Below are positions 36,485 to 45,983 of a DNA stretch of 64,000 nt, one piece after another; positions within the stretch are counted from its first letter, which is position 1, and every line of letters begins with the position of its first letter. A model generated the notes under the pieces. The model ran no database searches. It saw only the letters and a program-made list of their open reading frames with translations, and had not been told where the DNA came from. The DNA is from an uncultured delta proteobacterium (lineage in GTDB: Bacteria > Desulfobacterota > Binatia > DP-6). The stretch spans positions 150,590 through 214,589 of the forward strand of contig CAWFFN010000012.1 of the NCBI GenBank assembly GCA_963815115.1, in the 5' to 3' direction. The position numbers were made by a program, and so were the translations under genes.

Positions 36485-39400
36485 ATGGAATCATCCCGCT
36501 CCATGGCGTCACCGTCCGACGGACAAGGCGGAGGAGCCCGCGTCTTCGTCGGACGCGAGCGAGAGATCGCCGAGCTCGAAGCGCACCTGGCTGCCGCCGA
36601 GACGGGTCGCGGCGGGGTCGTGTTGCTCGGCGGGGAGCCGGGAATCGGCAAGACGCGTCTCCTCGACGAGCTCGGCGTGCGCGCCCGCGCCCGCGGGGTG
36701 CTCCCGCTCTGGGGCCGGTGCTGGGAGGAAGGCGGGGCGCCGGCATACTGGCCGTGGGTGCAGATGCTGCGCGCCGGTCTGCGGCACGACGACCCGGCGC
36801 ACGTCGCGGCCACGATCGGGAGCCAGGCGGTGCTCCTCGGAACGCTGGTTCCCGAGCTGCGAGCCGGCGCCCCGGCGGCGCGCGCCGCCCTGCCCGCGGC
36901 AGGGGTCGAGTCCGAGCAGCGGCGCTTCGCACTGTTCGACGCCGTCGCCTCCTTCTTCCGCGCCATCGCGGGTCGCAAGCGGGTGCTGGTCCTGCTCGAC
37001 GACGTGCACGCCGCCGACGGCCCGTCGCTCAGGCTGCTCGCCTTTCTCGCCCGCGAGCTGCACGACGCCGCCGTGCTGGTCGTCGGCGCGCATCGGCTGG
37101 TGGGGTCACGCGCCTCGCCGATCCTGACGGAGACCCTGGCGGAGACCGCGCGCGAGGGCGCCGCGGTTCAGCTCGGCGGTCTTCCCGAACGCGACGTCGC
37201 GCGCTTCATCGAGGTCCGGGCCGGCGTCCGTCCGGCTTCCGGGATGGTCGCCGACCTCTGCCGCCAGACCGGTGGCAACCCGTTCTTCCTGGACGAGGTC
37301 GTACGCCTGCTGATCGCGGACGGCCGGCTCACGAGGGCCGGTGGTCTCACCGGCGCACGGCTCGGCGTACCTGTCCGCGTTCGCGACACCATCGAGCGCC
37401 GGCTCGAGCCCCTGTCGGCCGAGTGTCGCGCGCTGCTCTGCGCCGCCGCCGTGGTCGGGCACGAGTTCTCCTTGCAGCAGCTGACCACGATCACGTGCAC
37501 GGCGCCCGCCGCCGCGCTCGGCCTGCTCGACGAGGCGCTGGCGGCCGGCATCGTCGGGCGTTCAGCGTCGGGCCGCGCCTTCCGCTTCGTTCACATCCTC
37601 TTCCGGGAGTTCCTCTACGAGAGCTTGCCGGACACCGAGCGCTCCGCTCTGCACGGTCGCTTCGGGAGTTTTCTCGAGCACCAGACCGGTACGCGTGCCG
37701 CGCCCGTCCTCGCGGAGCTGGCGCACCACTTCCTCGAGGCGGTGGAGGGGGGCGGCGACGTCGAGCGAGCGGTCCTCTATGCGCGCCGCGCGGCGGCGGA
37801 GGCGATGAGCCGTCTGGCCTACGAGGAGGCCGTGGGCCTCTGCGAGCGCGCCCTCGAAGCGCTCGCGCTCGGGACCTCGCCCGATGGCTCGACGCGCGCG
37901 GACCTGCTGATCGACCTCGGCGAGGCGCACCACCGAACCGGTGCGCTCCGAGCGGCGCGCAGCGCGTTCCGGGATGCCGCCGAGATCGCTCGCCACGCAG
38001 AGCCGGGGCGCTCGGGGCGTCTCCTCGCCCGTGCGGCGCTCGGATTCTCGGGGTTGGGACCCGAGGTCGGCCGGGTGGACGGCACCGCCGTGGCACTTCT
38101 CGAGGATGCGCTCGCGACCCTCGATCCGTCCGCCAGCGCGCTCCGCGCCCGGCTCCTTGCCCGGCTCGCGAGCGAGCTGACCTATGCCGCCGGCGACACG
38201 CGCCGCTACCAGCTGAGCGAGCAAGCCGTCGCCATGGCCGAGAGCGCCGGCGACCCGGCCACGCTCGGCTACACGCTGACGCAGCGGCTCGTCGTCTTGA
38301 TGGAGCCGGGCCACGTCGAGGAGCGACGGACGCTGGCGTCGGCGATCCTGTCCCTGGGCCAGCGCACGGGCGACCGGGAAATGGCCGCGGAGGGACGGGG
38401 CTGGCGACTCACCGCGCAGCTCGAGCGCGGCGATCTGGCGGGCGTCGATCAGGACCTCGACGCGCTCAACCAGCTGGCGGAGGAGACCCGCCATCCGCAC
38501 TACCGCTGGCTGGCGGCGATGTTCCGGGCCATGCGCGCGCTGCTCGCCGCGCACTTCGAGGACGCCGAGCGGCTCGCGGCCGACGCGCTGGCGATCGGCG
38601 AACGCGTGGGGGACCCGAACGCGCCGGTGGCGTACGGCTCGCAGCTCTACGTCCTGCGCTGGGGACAGGGGCGGCTCGCCGAGCTCGAGCCTCTCATGGC
38701 GGGCTTCGTCGCCCAGCACGCCTCGGCACCGGTGTGGGAGAGCGCCACGGCGCTGATGCACGCGCTGCTGGGACGCCCGAGCGATGCGCGCCCCCGCTTC
38801 GAATCCGCGTGCGACGAGTTCGTGTTCCTGCCACGCGACGTGACCTGGCTGCCTCATCTCGGCCTCCTCGGCGAGGCCTGTGCGATGCTCGGCGACTCGA
38901 AGCGCGCCGCCGTGCTTCATCCCCTGCTGGCGCCCTTCGCGGATCTGACCCTCATCGCGGGGCCGGGAGGGGCGTCGTTCGGGGGAGCGGCGCGCATCGT
39001 CGGCCTCCTCTCGGCCACTCTCGGACGTCAGGACGAGGCGATCGCACACCTCGACCACGCCGTCGAGGTGAACGAGCGGGCCGGCGCGCTCGCCTGGCTC
39101 ACCCAGTCGCTGCACGATCGTGCCGCGGCGCTGCTGGCGCGTGACGGCCCCCGGGATCGCGAGTCGGCGGCGGTCTCTCTCGCGCGGGCGCGAGCGCTCG
39201 CGCTGCGGCTCGGCATGCAGGGGATCGCAAAGGCAGCGGACGTGCTCGCACGCCGGCTCGACGAGGACGAGCCGGCGCCGGACAGCGCCTCCTCGCGCCA
39301 GGTCCTGCGCCGCGAGGGAGATCACTGGACCGTGGTCTACGAGGGCCGGGCGTGCCGGCTGCGCGATTCCAAGGGCATGCATCTCCTGGTGCACCTGCTG

Positions 39401-39661
39401 CGCCACCCCGGGCAGGAATTGCACGCCGCCTCGCTGGTCGCGGCAGCGAGCGGGGTGCCGCTCCAGGTCGCGATCGCGGACCTCGACCAGGCGGCATCGG
39501 AGCGGGCCCGGGTGAGCGTGACGCGAGCCGTGCACGGTCTCCTCGACCGGATCGCCATCACGCATCCCGCGCTCGGCGAGCACCTCGCCCGGACGGTGCG
39601 GACGGGGACGGTGTGCTCCTACGCTCCCGATCCGCGTCTCCCGAGCATCTGGGAGTCGTGA
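36485..39661 (+). CDS. STAND-type NTPase, paralog 2 (1058 aa)
   Basis: Same architecture (FVGREREIAELEAHLAAAETGRGGVVLLGGEPGIGKTRL; LLDDVHAADGPS). Shares the C-terminal block ...WTVxxEG...RLRDSKGM...RVSVTRAV...RTGTxCSYxPDPR. Confidence 0.65.
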   Translation: MESSRSMASPSDGQGGGARVFVGREREIAELEAHLAAAETGRGGVVLLGGEPGIGKTRLLDELGVRARARGVLPLWGRCWEEGGAPAYWPWVQMLRAGLRHDDPAHVAATIGSQAVLLGTLVPELRAGAPAARAALPAAGVESEQRRFALFDAVASFFRAIAGRKRVLVLLDDVHAADGPSLRLLAFLARELHDAAVLVVGAHRLVGSRASPILTETLAETAREGAAVQLGGLPERDVARFIEVRAGVRPASGMVADLCRQTGGNPFFLDEVVRLLIADGRLTRAGGLTGARLGVPVRVRDTIERRLEPLSAECRALLCAAAVVGHEFSLQQLTTITCTAPAAALGLLDEALAAGIVGRSASGRAFRFVHILFREFLYESLPDTERSALHGRFGSFLEHQTGTRAAPVLAELAHHFLEAVEGGGDVERAVLYARRAAAEAMSRLAYEEAVGLCERALEALALGTSPDGSTRADLLIDLGEAHHRTGALRAARSAFRDAAEIARHAEPGRSGRLLARAALGFSGLGPEVGRVDGTAVALLEDALATLDPSASALRARLLARLASELTYAAGDTRRYQLSEQAVAMAESAGDPATLGYTLTQRLVVLMEPGHVEERRTLASAILSLGQRTGDREMAAEGRGWRLTAQLERGDLAGVDQDLDALNQLAEETRHPHYRWLAAMFRAMRALLAAHFEDAERLAADALAIGERVGDPNAPVAYGSQLYVLRWGQGRLAELEPLMAGFVAQHASAPVWESATALMHALLGRPSDARPRFESACDEFVFLPRDVTWLPHLGLLGEACAMLGDSKRAAVLHPLLAPFADLTLIAGPGGASFGGAARIVGLLSATLGRQDEAIAHLDHAVEVNERAGALAWLTQSLHDRAAALLARDGPRDRESAAVSLARARALALRLGMQGIAKAADVLARRLDEDEPAPDSASSRQVLRREGDHWTVVYEGRACRLRDSKGMHLLVHLLRHPGQELHAASLVAAASGVPLQVAIADLDQAASERARVSVTRAVHGLLDRIAITHPALGEHLARTVRTGTVCSYAPDPRLPSIWES

Positions 39662-39667
39662 GCTGCT

Positions 39668-41281
39668 TCAGGCGCGCAAGCGCTGGCGCAGCAGGTCCTT
39701 GCGCACCTTGCCGGTGGCGTTGCGCGGCAGTTCGGCCATGACCTCGAGCTGTTCGGGGACCTTCTGACGCATCACCCCGCGTCCCTCCATGAAGGCACGC
39801 ACCTCGGCGAGGGAGAGGTCGCCCGCACCGGATGCCAGGACGACGCAGGCGCATACACGCTCGCCCGTGGACGCGTCGGGGATGCCCACCACCGAGACGT
39901 CGGCGATCTTCGGGTGCGCCGCCAGCTCGTCCTCGATACCCTTGGCAGAGAGGTTCTCGCCTTTCCGGATGATGACGTCCTTGCGCCGTCCCGTGATGCG
40001 CAGGTGACCGTCGGCGTCCGCCACGGCGAGATCGCCGGTGCGCAAGAAGCCGTCGGCGGTGAAGGCGTCGTTCAGTACCGCGTCCAGGTAGCCGACGGAG
40101 AGCTGCGGACCGTAGGCTTCGATCTCGCCCTCGACCCCCGGACCGACCGGGCGTCCCGACTCGTCGACGAGCCGGGCAATGGCTCCGGGAACGGGCCGGC
40201 CGTCGGTGCCGTCGAGCTTCTCCTCCGGATCTCCGTGGCGTCCCGAGCTGAACATCGGACACTCGGTCATGCCGTACGAGCGGAACGCAAAGGCGGCCAG
40301 ATGTCGCCGCACCCGGTGCATCAGCTCGGGTGAGACATCGGCAGCACCCGAGCCGCTGCTGCGGACCGACCGGACCTTCTCGGGAGACCAGTTCCTCGCA
40401 GCGAACATGCCCTGCAGGATGGCCGGGGGACCGCCTGCCGAGGTCACGCGATGGCGCTCGATGAGGTCGAGCGCCAGCTCCGGGTCGTAGGTCTCCATCA
40501 GGACGACGCTGGCGCCCGTGCGCAGGGGGAGCATCACGAACATCACGATGCCGCCGATGTGCGTGAGCGGAAACTGGAGCAGGCTCACGTCGTCGGGCGA
40601 GGGGGGAAACAGCCGGGTGTGGTAGTGCAGCACCGCGCCGAGGGTGGAGGGCGTGTGCAGGACGCCCTTCGGGTCTGCCGTCGTCCCCGAGGTGTAGAAG
40701 ATCGCGGAGACGTCGTGCGCTCCATGGGGCGACGGCGGCAGGGGCTCGGGGGGGTCGTCCTCGAGCGATTCGAGGGCATGCTGGCCGGGCGCCGGCTCGG
40801 CGCGAACCGTGACCACGTGCTCGAGCGAGGCGGTGGCCGCCTGGACGGCCCGGGCGAGCTCGCGATGATCAAAACCCCGCACGGTTCCCGGGACGACGAG
40901 CACCCGGGAGCCGGCCTGGTGGCATGCGAACCCGACCTCGCGCTCGCGGTAGATCGTGATGATCGGGTTCGAGATGGCACCGAGTCGATCGATGGCGGCA
41001 GCCAGGGCCGCCGACTCCATCCAGTTCGGCAGCTGCCAGGACACGACGTCGCCCTGCCGCACGCCGAGACGCGCCAGAGCGACGGCCATGCGCTGCGAAC
41101 GCGCGTCCACGTCCCGGAAGGAGAAGCGCCGGCCCCCGTCGCGCAGGCCCTCGACGAGATAGGTCCGGTCAGGATCGGTCCCCGCGCGCCTCCCGAGGAG
41201 GGTCGAGAGGCTCGGCTGCGGCCACTCGCCGCTGGCCTCGTGCCGGGCTCGACGCTCGTCGGGAGGCCGGGTAGGGCGCAT
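39668..41281 (-). CDS. AMP-dependent synthetase/ligase (acyl-CoA synthetase family)
   Basis: YTSGTTADPKG motif and C-terminal GDLAVADADGHLRITGRRKDVIIRKGENLSAKGIE. Confidence 0.75.
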   Translation of the reverse strand: MRPTRPPDERRARHEASGEWPQPSLSTLLGRRAGTDPDRTYLVEGLRDGGRRFSFRDVDARSQRMAVALARLGVRQGDVVSWQLPNWMESAALAAAIDRLGAISNPIITIYREREVGFACHQAGSRVLVVPGTVRGFDHRELARAVQAATASLEHVVTVRAEPAPGQHALESLEDDPPEPLPPSPHGAHDVSAIFYTSGTTADPKGVLHTPSTLGAVLHYHTRLFPPSPDDVSLLQFPLTHIGGIVMFVMLPLRTGASVVLMETYDPELALDLIERHRVTSAGGPPAILQGMFAARNWSPEKVRSVRSSGSGAADVSPELMHRVRRHLAAFAFRSYGMTECPMFSSGRHGDPEEKLDGTDGRPVPGAIARLVDESGRPVGPGVEGEIEAYGPQLSVGYLDAVLNDAFTADGFLRTGDLAVADADGHLRITGRRKDVIIRKGENLSAKGIEDELAAHPKIADVSVVGIPDASTGERVCACVVLASGAGDLSLAEVRAFMEGRGVMRQKVPEQLEVMAELPRNATGKVRKDLLRQRLRA

Positions 41282-41605
41282 CCGGCTCGCGTACCGGATC
41301 TGCAGGCCCGACGTCCACGAACGCCGAGGTCGGGGCGAGGAACGGTTGTACGGTCCGAGTTCACGCCTGCACCGCGTCATGCGAATCCCCCGCCCCCGGA
41401 CGCGTCTCTCGGTGATCGGGACCTGCCGCCAGTGCGGGGTGCGCTTCGGCTCCCGGCCCGAGTTCAGGAGCGACACGATCGCGTCCTTCCACGCCCACGA
41501 ATGCGTGTGCCCGGGCGGTAGCCGTAGCCTCGACGTAGTGATTCCACTCGGCCCGGTTAGAGAGATCCGGGTCGTCCGGGGCTCTGCGTGAGTCCCCAAG
41601 CGCTC

Positions 41606-41640
41606 GGCCCGCCGCTCGGATCCCCCTCCTGAGCGGCGGG
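41606..41640 (-). terminator. GC-rich hairpin (11-bp perfect stem gcccgccgctc/gagcggcgggc, 13-nt loop) ~80 nt downstream of the 41718 gene stop
   Basis: Seen directly. No U-tract. Confidence 0.3.
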
Positions 41641-41717
41641 CCGACGCGCTCCAAGCAGGTTTGGACGGTGGTCCCCGGGCTGGAGCGGCGGGGAGCCGCC
41701 CCTCCCCCGGCAGGTAC

Positions 41718-44372
41718 CTACGATCCGGGCCCGAGGCGTAACGGCCGGGTGCCCGTGACGTCCCAGCCGCCCTGCAGCTCGATGTACGCCTGGTCGACGC
41801 CGTCGCGTGGCAGGCAGCCCGCCCGCGTGCGCACCAGCGGAGCCATCTCGGCGACCGGAAGGGTGGTGACCGCCGGCGCCGGCAGTGGCGCGGTGGCCGC
41901 TCCGTCCTGCCCGGGATCGGCCAGGCCCGCCGAGACGTTGCCGGCCGTGAACACGGGGCCCGACTGCATGAGGCGGAGCGCCGAGTTGGCCTTGCCGCCG
42001 ACCGAGCGCGCGTAGGTCCCGAGGGTGAAGAGCGAGTTGACCATGTTGCCGCTCGAGTCCTCCTCGAAGCGCACTGCCCACATGGTCCAGTCGTCGACCA
42101 CGAGGTTGCGCACGTCGGCCATGACCTTGCCCGAGACCATGGGCCCGCGTGACCACTGCTTCTGCACCCAGGTGTGATGGATGGAGACGTCGGTGGTGTC
42201 CGCGTACTTGAGGAACAGCGAGCGCGTGTTGCCGGCGAGGAAGCAGTACTGCACGGTCACGTCGTGCGCGCCGTAGCCGATCGAGATGCCGTCGTCCCCG
42301 GAGCCGGTCGACGACACGTGGCTGAAGACGATGTTGTAGGCGGTCGGGTCCTGCGCCCGCAGGTTGTCGGAGCCGTCTCGCAGGTGGATGTTGCGGACGA
42401 TGACGTCGTGGCCGCGGACGTCGATCAGGTTGGCGAGCGCGCCGCTCGGCACGAACAGCGTTGCGCCGTTGCCCTCCACCGTGACGAAGCTGCCGTCGAG
42501 TCGCGGCAGCGAGCCGGTGATCGCGATCGGGAGCGTGGTCAGGAAGCGGATGATCGCATGCCCGCTCGAGGCCGCGTCGAAGGCCGCGCGGACCGCCGCC
42601 TCGGTGGGCTCGGTGACGCGCAGCTCGCGGCCTCCGGCTCCTCCCGGCGTCGACGAACCGAAGCCCTCGAACGCGTCGCGGTCGTTGTCGCTCGGCCCGC
42701 CCGGAGGCGGCGGCACCCCGCCGTCGCCCACGGTGATCGTCACCTGCGCGCTGGCGCTCGCCGTGCCCGTGCTGACGGTGACCCGCGCGACGTAGACCCC
42801 GGCCTTCTCGTAGACGTGCTCGATGACGGCGCCCGTCTCCGGCACGTCGCCCGGAGGCGGCAGCATCGGCGTCGGCGACGGAATCTCGCAGCCGCCGTCG
42901 GTGAGCTTCTTCAGTGCCTTGGCGAGGTTGTTGGTGGTGCCGTTGTCTGCCGGGAGGTCGGGGAAGCCACCGGCCACGGCCTGGGCGATCGACTCGCGTG
43001 ACCACTGCAGCGCGGCCGCATACCGCGCGCAGCCCGTGACGTCGTCCACGTCGTGGAAGAGGTAGATGCCGCCGAGGTCGTGCGCGATCTTCTGCAGGTA
43101 CCAGCGCGCGACCCGATCGATGCGATTCGTGCCCTTGGTGGTGATCGGTCCGGGCTGCTCGATCACGGTCAGGGGCACGAGGGCGAGAGCCACCGTCATG
43201 TAGTCCTGGACGGCGGCCTCGAAGTGGCCGTCGTCGCGCTCCGCCTTCGCGCTGGTATAGCCGTCACGCCCGGCCTCGAGCGCCGCGCCGGGGTCGCCTC
43301 CCGGTGCGGGGGCGGGGCTCGGCGTGCCGTCGCCGAAGTCCCAGGCGAAGGTCAGCGACTGTCCCTTGGGCCCGCTCGACGCACTCGCGTCGAACGTGAC
43401 GTCGAGCGGCGGAGGGCCGCCGAGCGTCGATGCCATGAGCTTCGCGGTGACCTTCCCCGGCGGTGGTGGCGGCGGCGGAGGTGGAGGTGGAGGTGGAGGA
43501 GGAGGAGGTGGTGGTGGCGGCTCCGGATCGAGCTCGCCGTCCGTCAGCGCGGGGCCGGCGGGTCCGGAGCCCGGATCGTCGGGAGCCCAGCTGCGGTGCT
43601 CATCCCATCCGCTTCCGCTGTTGCCATAGGCGCGCGAGCGCGCGTTGCCGTCCGCGAGGATCAGGTCGGCATGTCCGTCGCCGTCGACGTCGCCGATCCC
43701 CGGAGCGATGCGAGCGCTCCACGTGGGGCCATCCCACGCCTCGGCGCGGGTGAAGGGCGTCCCTCCGTCGCCGGTCCCGGTGAAGGCGAGCACCGTGCCT
43801 TCGTCCGTACCGACGACGAGATCGGTCCGGCCGTCGTCGTCGATATCGCCGAGCGCCGGACGCGCCTGGCGCGCGCCCGTCGACACGTTCCATCCCTTGC
43901 GGGCACGCCACGCCGGCACGCGGCGGCTGCCGACGTTCTCGAAGGCGGTGATGCCGCCGTCGGCGTCCCCCACCAGGAGGTCGGCGTCGCCGTCACCGTC
44001 GACGTCGCCCAGCGCGGGCGCGCCGCCGTCCTTGACCGGCGGATCCCAGTCGGTACGACGCTCCCAGCGCGGCACCTCGGTGGTTCCCGCATTGCGAAAC
44101 GCGAGCACGTCGTGCCCGTTCTCGCCCACCAGCGCATCGGCGACGCCGTCGCCGTCGAGATCGGCGATCGCCGGCAACGCGTACCCGGCGACGTCGGGCA
44201 GATCGGCGGACGGCACCCGCATCCAGGGCAAGCGTCCGGCGCGCGTCGTGAGCGCGGCGCTCCCACCTCCGGGCAGCCCGAGCCACAGGATCGCTGCGTG
44301 CGCGCTCGTCGCCGCGGCGACGAGAAGCACGAGCCCGGCTCCGGCTGCCACGGTCCTCCCGTGGCGTGTCAT
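41718..44372 (-). CDS. Large secreted protein: FG-GAP/VCBS repeats, 23xPro linker, PKD domain, C-terminal pectate-lyase-like beta-helix
   Basis: Signal peptide. Repeated DxDGDGxxDL(V)VG units. FAWDFGDGT PKD signature. C-terminal region with right-handed-beta-helix-like repeats. Confidence 0.7.
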   Translation of the reverse strand: MTRHGRTVAAGAGLVLLVAAATSAHAAILWLGLPGGGSAALTTRAGRLPWMRVPSADLPDVAGYALPAIADLDGDGVADALVGENGHDVLAFRNAGTTEVPRWERRTDWDPPVKDGGAPALGDVDGDGDADLLVGDADGGITAFENVGSRRVPAWRARKGWNVSTGARQARPALGDIDDDGRTDLVVGTDEGTVLAFTGTGDGGTPFTRAEAWDGPTWSARIAPGIGDVDGDGHADLILADGNARSRAYGNSGSGWDEHRSWAPDDPGSGPAGPALTDGELDPEPPPPPPPPPPPPPPPPPPPPPGKVTAKLMASTLGGPPPLDVTFDASASSGPKGQSLTFAWDFGDGTPSPAPAPGGDPGAALEAGRDGYTSAKAERDDGHFEAAVQDYMTVALALVPLTVIEQPGPITTKGTNRIDRVARWYLQKIAHDLGGIYLFHDVDDVTGCARYAAALQWSRESIAQAVAGGFPDLPADNGTTNNLAKALKKLTDGGCEIPSPTPMLPPPGDVPETGAVIEHVYEKAGVYVARVTVSTGTASASAQVTITVGDGGVPPPPGGPSDNDRDAFEGFGSSTPGGAGGRELRVTEPTEAAVRAAFDAASSGHAIIRFLTTLPIAITGSLPRLDGSFVTVEGNGATLFVPSGALANLIDVRGHDVIVRNIHLRDGSDNLRAQDPTAYNIVFSHVSSTGSGDDGISIGYGAHDVTVQYCFLAGNTRSLFLKYADTTDVSIHHTWVQKQWSRGPMVSGKVMADVRNLVVDDWTMWAVRFEEDSSGNMVNSLFTLGTYARSVGGKANSALRLMQSGPVFTAGNVSAGLADPGQDGAATAPLPAPAVTTLPVAEMAPLVRTRAGCLPRDGVDQAYIELQGGWDVTGTRPLRLGPGS
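43463..43531. repeat. (GGN)n simple repeat encoding the 23-residue polyproline tract (minus-strand coding)
   Basis: ggtggtggcggcggcggaggtggaggtggaggtggaggaggaggaggtggtggtggcggc. Confidence 0.9.
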
Positions 44373-44510
44373 CGGTGCGGCGCACGATGCACGCTTGGTA
44401 GCAAAGCTGCAATCGGACGAAGGTCGCAGGGAGCGCGCGACTGTCGACACGCGAGCGACGTCCGTACTATTGAAGTTCTGGTTACAGGACACTCGGGAGG
44501 GCGACACGTG

Positions 44511-45977
44511 ATGGCGGCCAGCAGCAGGATGCTAATCGACGGCGAGTGGGTGAACGCATCGAACGGCGCGACCTACACAGTGCTGAATCCGGCGACCGAG
44601 GAGTCAGTCGGTCGCGCGCCCGACGCGACCGTGGACGACATGCGCCGCGCGATCGCGGCGGCCCGCCGGGCCTTCGACGACGGCCCGTGGCCGCGCTCGT
44701 CACGCGACGAGCGCGCCCGCGCGCTGCTGCGCATCGCCGACGCGATGGAGCGCCGCAAGGAGGAGATGCGCCAGCTGCTGATCGCCGAGGCCGGTGCCAC
44801 CTGGGTGACGCACACGATGCAGGTGGAGACGCCCGTCGAGCACCTGCGTCACTGGGCGGAGATGGCGCGCTCCTTCGACTTCGAGGTGCCGCTGCCCGCG
44901 CGTGCCAGCCAGGGACCGATGGGGCCACAGATGAACTGCGGCGTGGTCTACCGCCAGCCGGTCGGCGTGTGCGCCATGATCCCGACGTGGAACTTTCCCG
45001 TCTACGTCAGCGTGCAGAAGCTCGGTCCGGCGCTGGCGACGGGCTGCACCATGGTCTTCAAGCCCTCGCCCTGGGGTCCCCTCATCAACCTCTTCCTGGC
45101 CGAGCTGGTCGCCGAGGCCGATGTCCCGCCCGGGGTGGTCAACTTCGTCACCGGCCAGGGCAACGACATCGCCGAGGCCCTGGTGAGCGATCCGCGCGTG
45201 GACAAGGTGAGCTTCACCGGCAGCGTCGCCACCGGCCGCAGGATCATCCAGGCATCGGCGGGGAACCTGAAGCGCGTCTTCCTCGAGCTGGGCGGCAAGT
45301 CGGTCGGCATCTATCTCGACAGCGACGGCATCGAGATGAACGCCATGATCGCGTCGGGACCGGCGATGTTCCACGCCGGACAGGGCTGCGCCATGGCGAC
45401 GCGCGTGCTCGTGCAGCAGGACGTGCACGATCGCTTCGTCGAGAACATGGTCGGCTTCGTGAACGGCATGGTGAAGATCGGCGATCCGGCCGATCCCGCG
45501 ACCATGCTCGGCCCCGTCATCCGCGAGGAGCGGCGGCAGAAGATCGAGGAGTACATCGCGGCCGGGAAGGCGGAGGGTGCGACGCTCGCCGCGGGTGGCG
45601 GTCGTCCCAAGGACATGCCGCGCGGCTACTTCCTCGAGCCCACGATCTTCTGCGACGTGCGCAACGACGCCCGCATCGCGCGGGAAGAGATCTTCGGTCC
45701 CGTCGTGTCGGTGATCCCCTTCAAGGACGAGGACGAGGCGGTGCGCATCGCGAACGACTCGAGCTACGGGCTGGGCGGCGCGATCTACGCCCGCGACACC
45801 GCGCGAGCCGTCGAGCTGGCGAAGCGCATTCGCACCGGCGTGGTGTGGATCAACAACGGCATCAACATGTTCGACGGACCGTTCGGCGGGTTCAAGGAGA
45901 GCGGGATCGGCCGCGAGGGCGGTCGCTGGGGGATGGAGGAGCACACCGAGGTGCAGCAGATCACGTGGAGGGCGTGA
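44511..45977 (+). CDS. NAD(P)-dependent aldehyde dehydrogenase
   Basis: Catalytic Cys context VFLELGGKS...; FKDEDEAVRIANDSSYGLGGAIYARD; SD GGGAGGG upstream. Confidence 0.85.
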   Translation: MAASSRMLIDGEWVNASNGATYTVLNPATEESVGRAPDATVDDMRRAIAAARRAFDDGPWPRSSRDERARALLRIADAMERRKEEMRQLLIAEAGATWVTHTMQVETPVEHLRHWAEMARSFDFEVPLPARASQGPMGPQMNCGVVYRQPVGVCAMIPTWNFPVYVSVQKLGPALATGCTMVFKPSPWGPLINLFLAELVAEADVPPGVVNFVTGQGNDIAEALVSDPRVDKVSFTGSVATGRRIIQASAGNLKRVFLELGGKSVGIYLDSDGIEMNAMIASGPAMFHAGQGCAMATRVLVQQDVHDRFVENMVGFVNGMVKIGDPADPATMLGPVIREERRQKIEEYIAAGKAEGATLAAGGGRPKDMPRGYFLEPTIFCDVRNDARIAREEIFGPVVSVIPFKDEDEAVRIANDSSYGLGGAIYARDTARAVELAKRIRTGVVWINNGINMFDGPFGGFKESGIGREGGRWGMEEHTEVQQITWRA

Positions 45978-45983
45978 GGGAGA

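Noticed and set aside
32997-36932. 1311-aa minus-strand ORF, and 37562-39583 673-aa minus-strand ORF
   Set aside because: Antisense to the STAND NTPase genes, which have clear Walker motifs in the plus frame.
41346-41591. 81-aa ORF with CxxC...C pairs in the 435-bp intergenic region
   Set aside because: Arg-rich composition, no start context or RBS. Likely non-coding. The region may instead hold a terminator hairpin (41606-41640).
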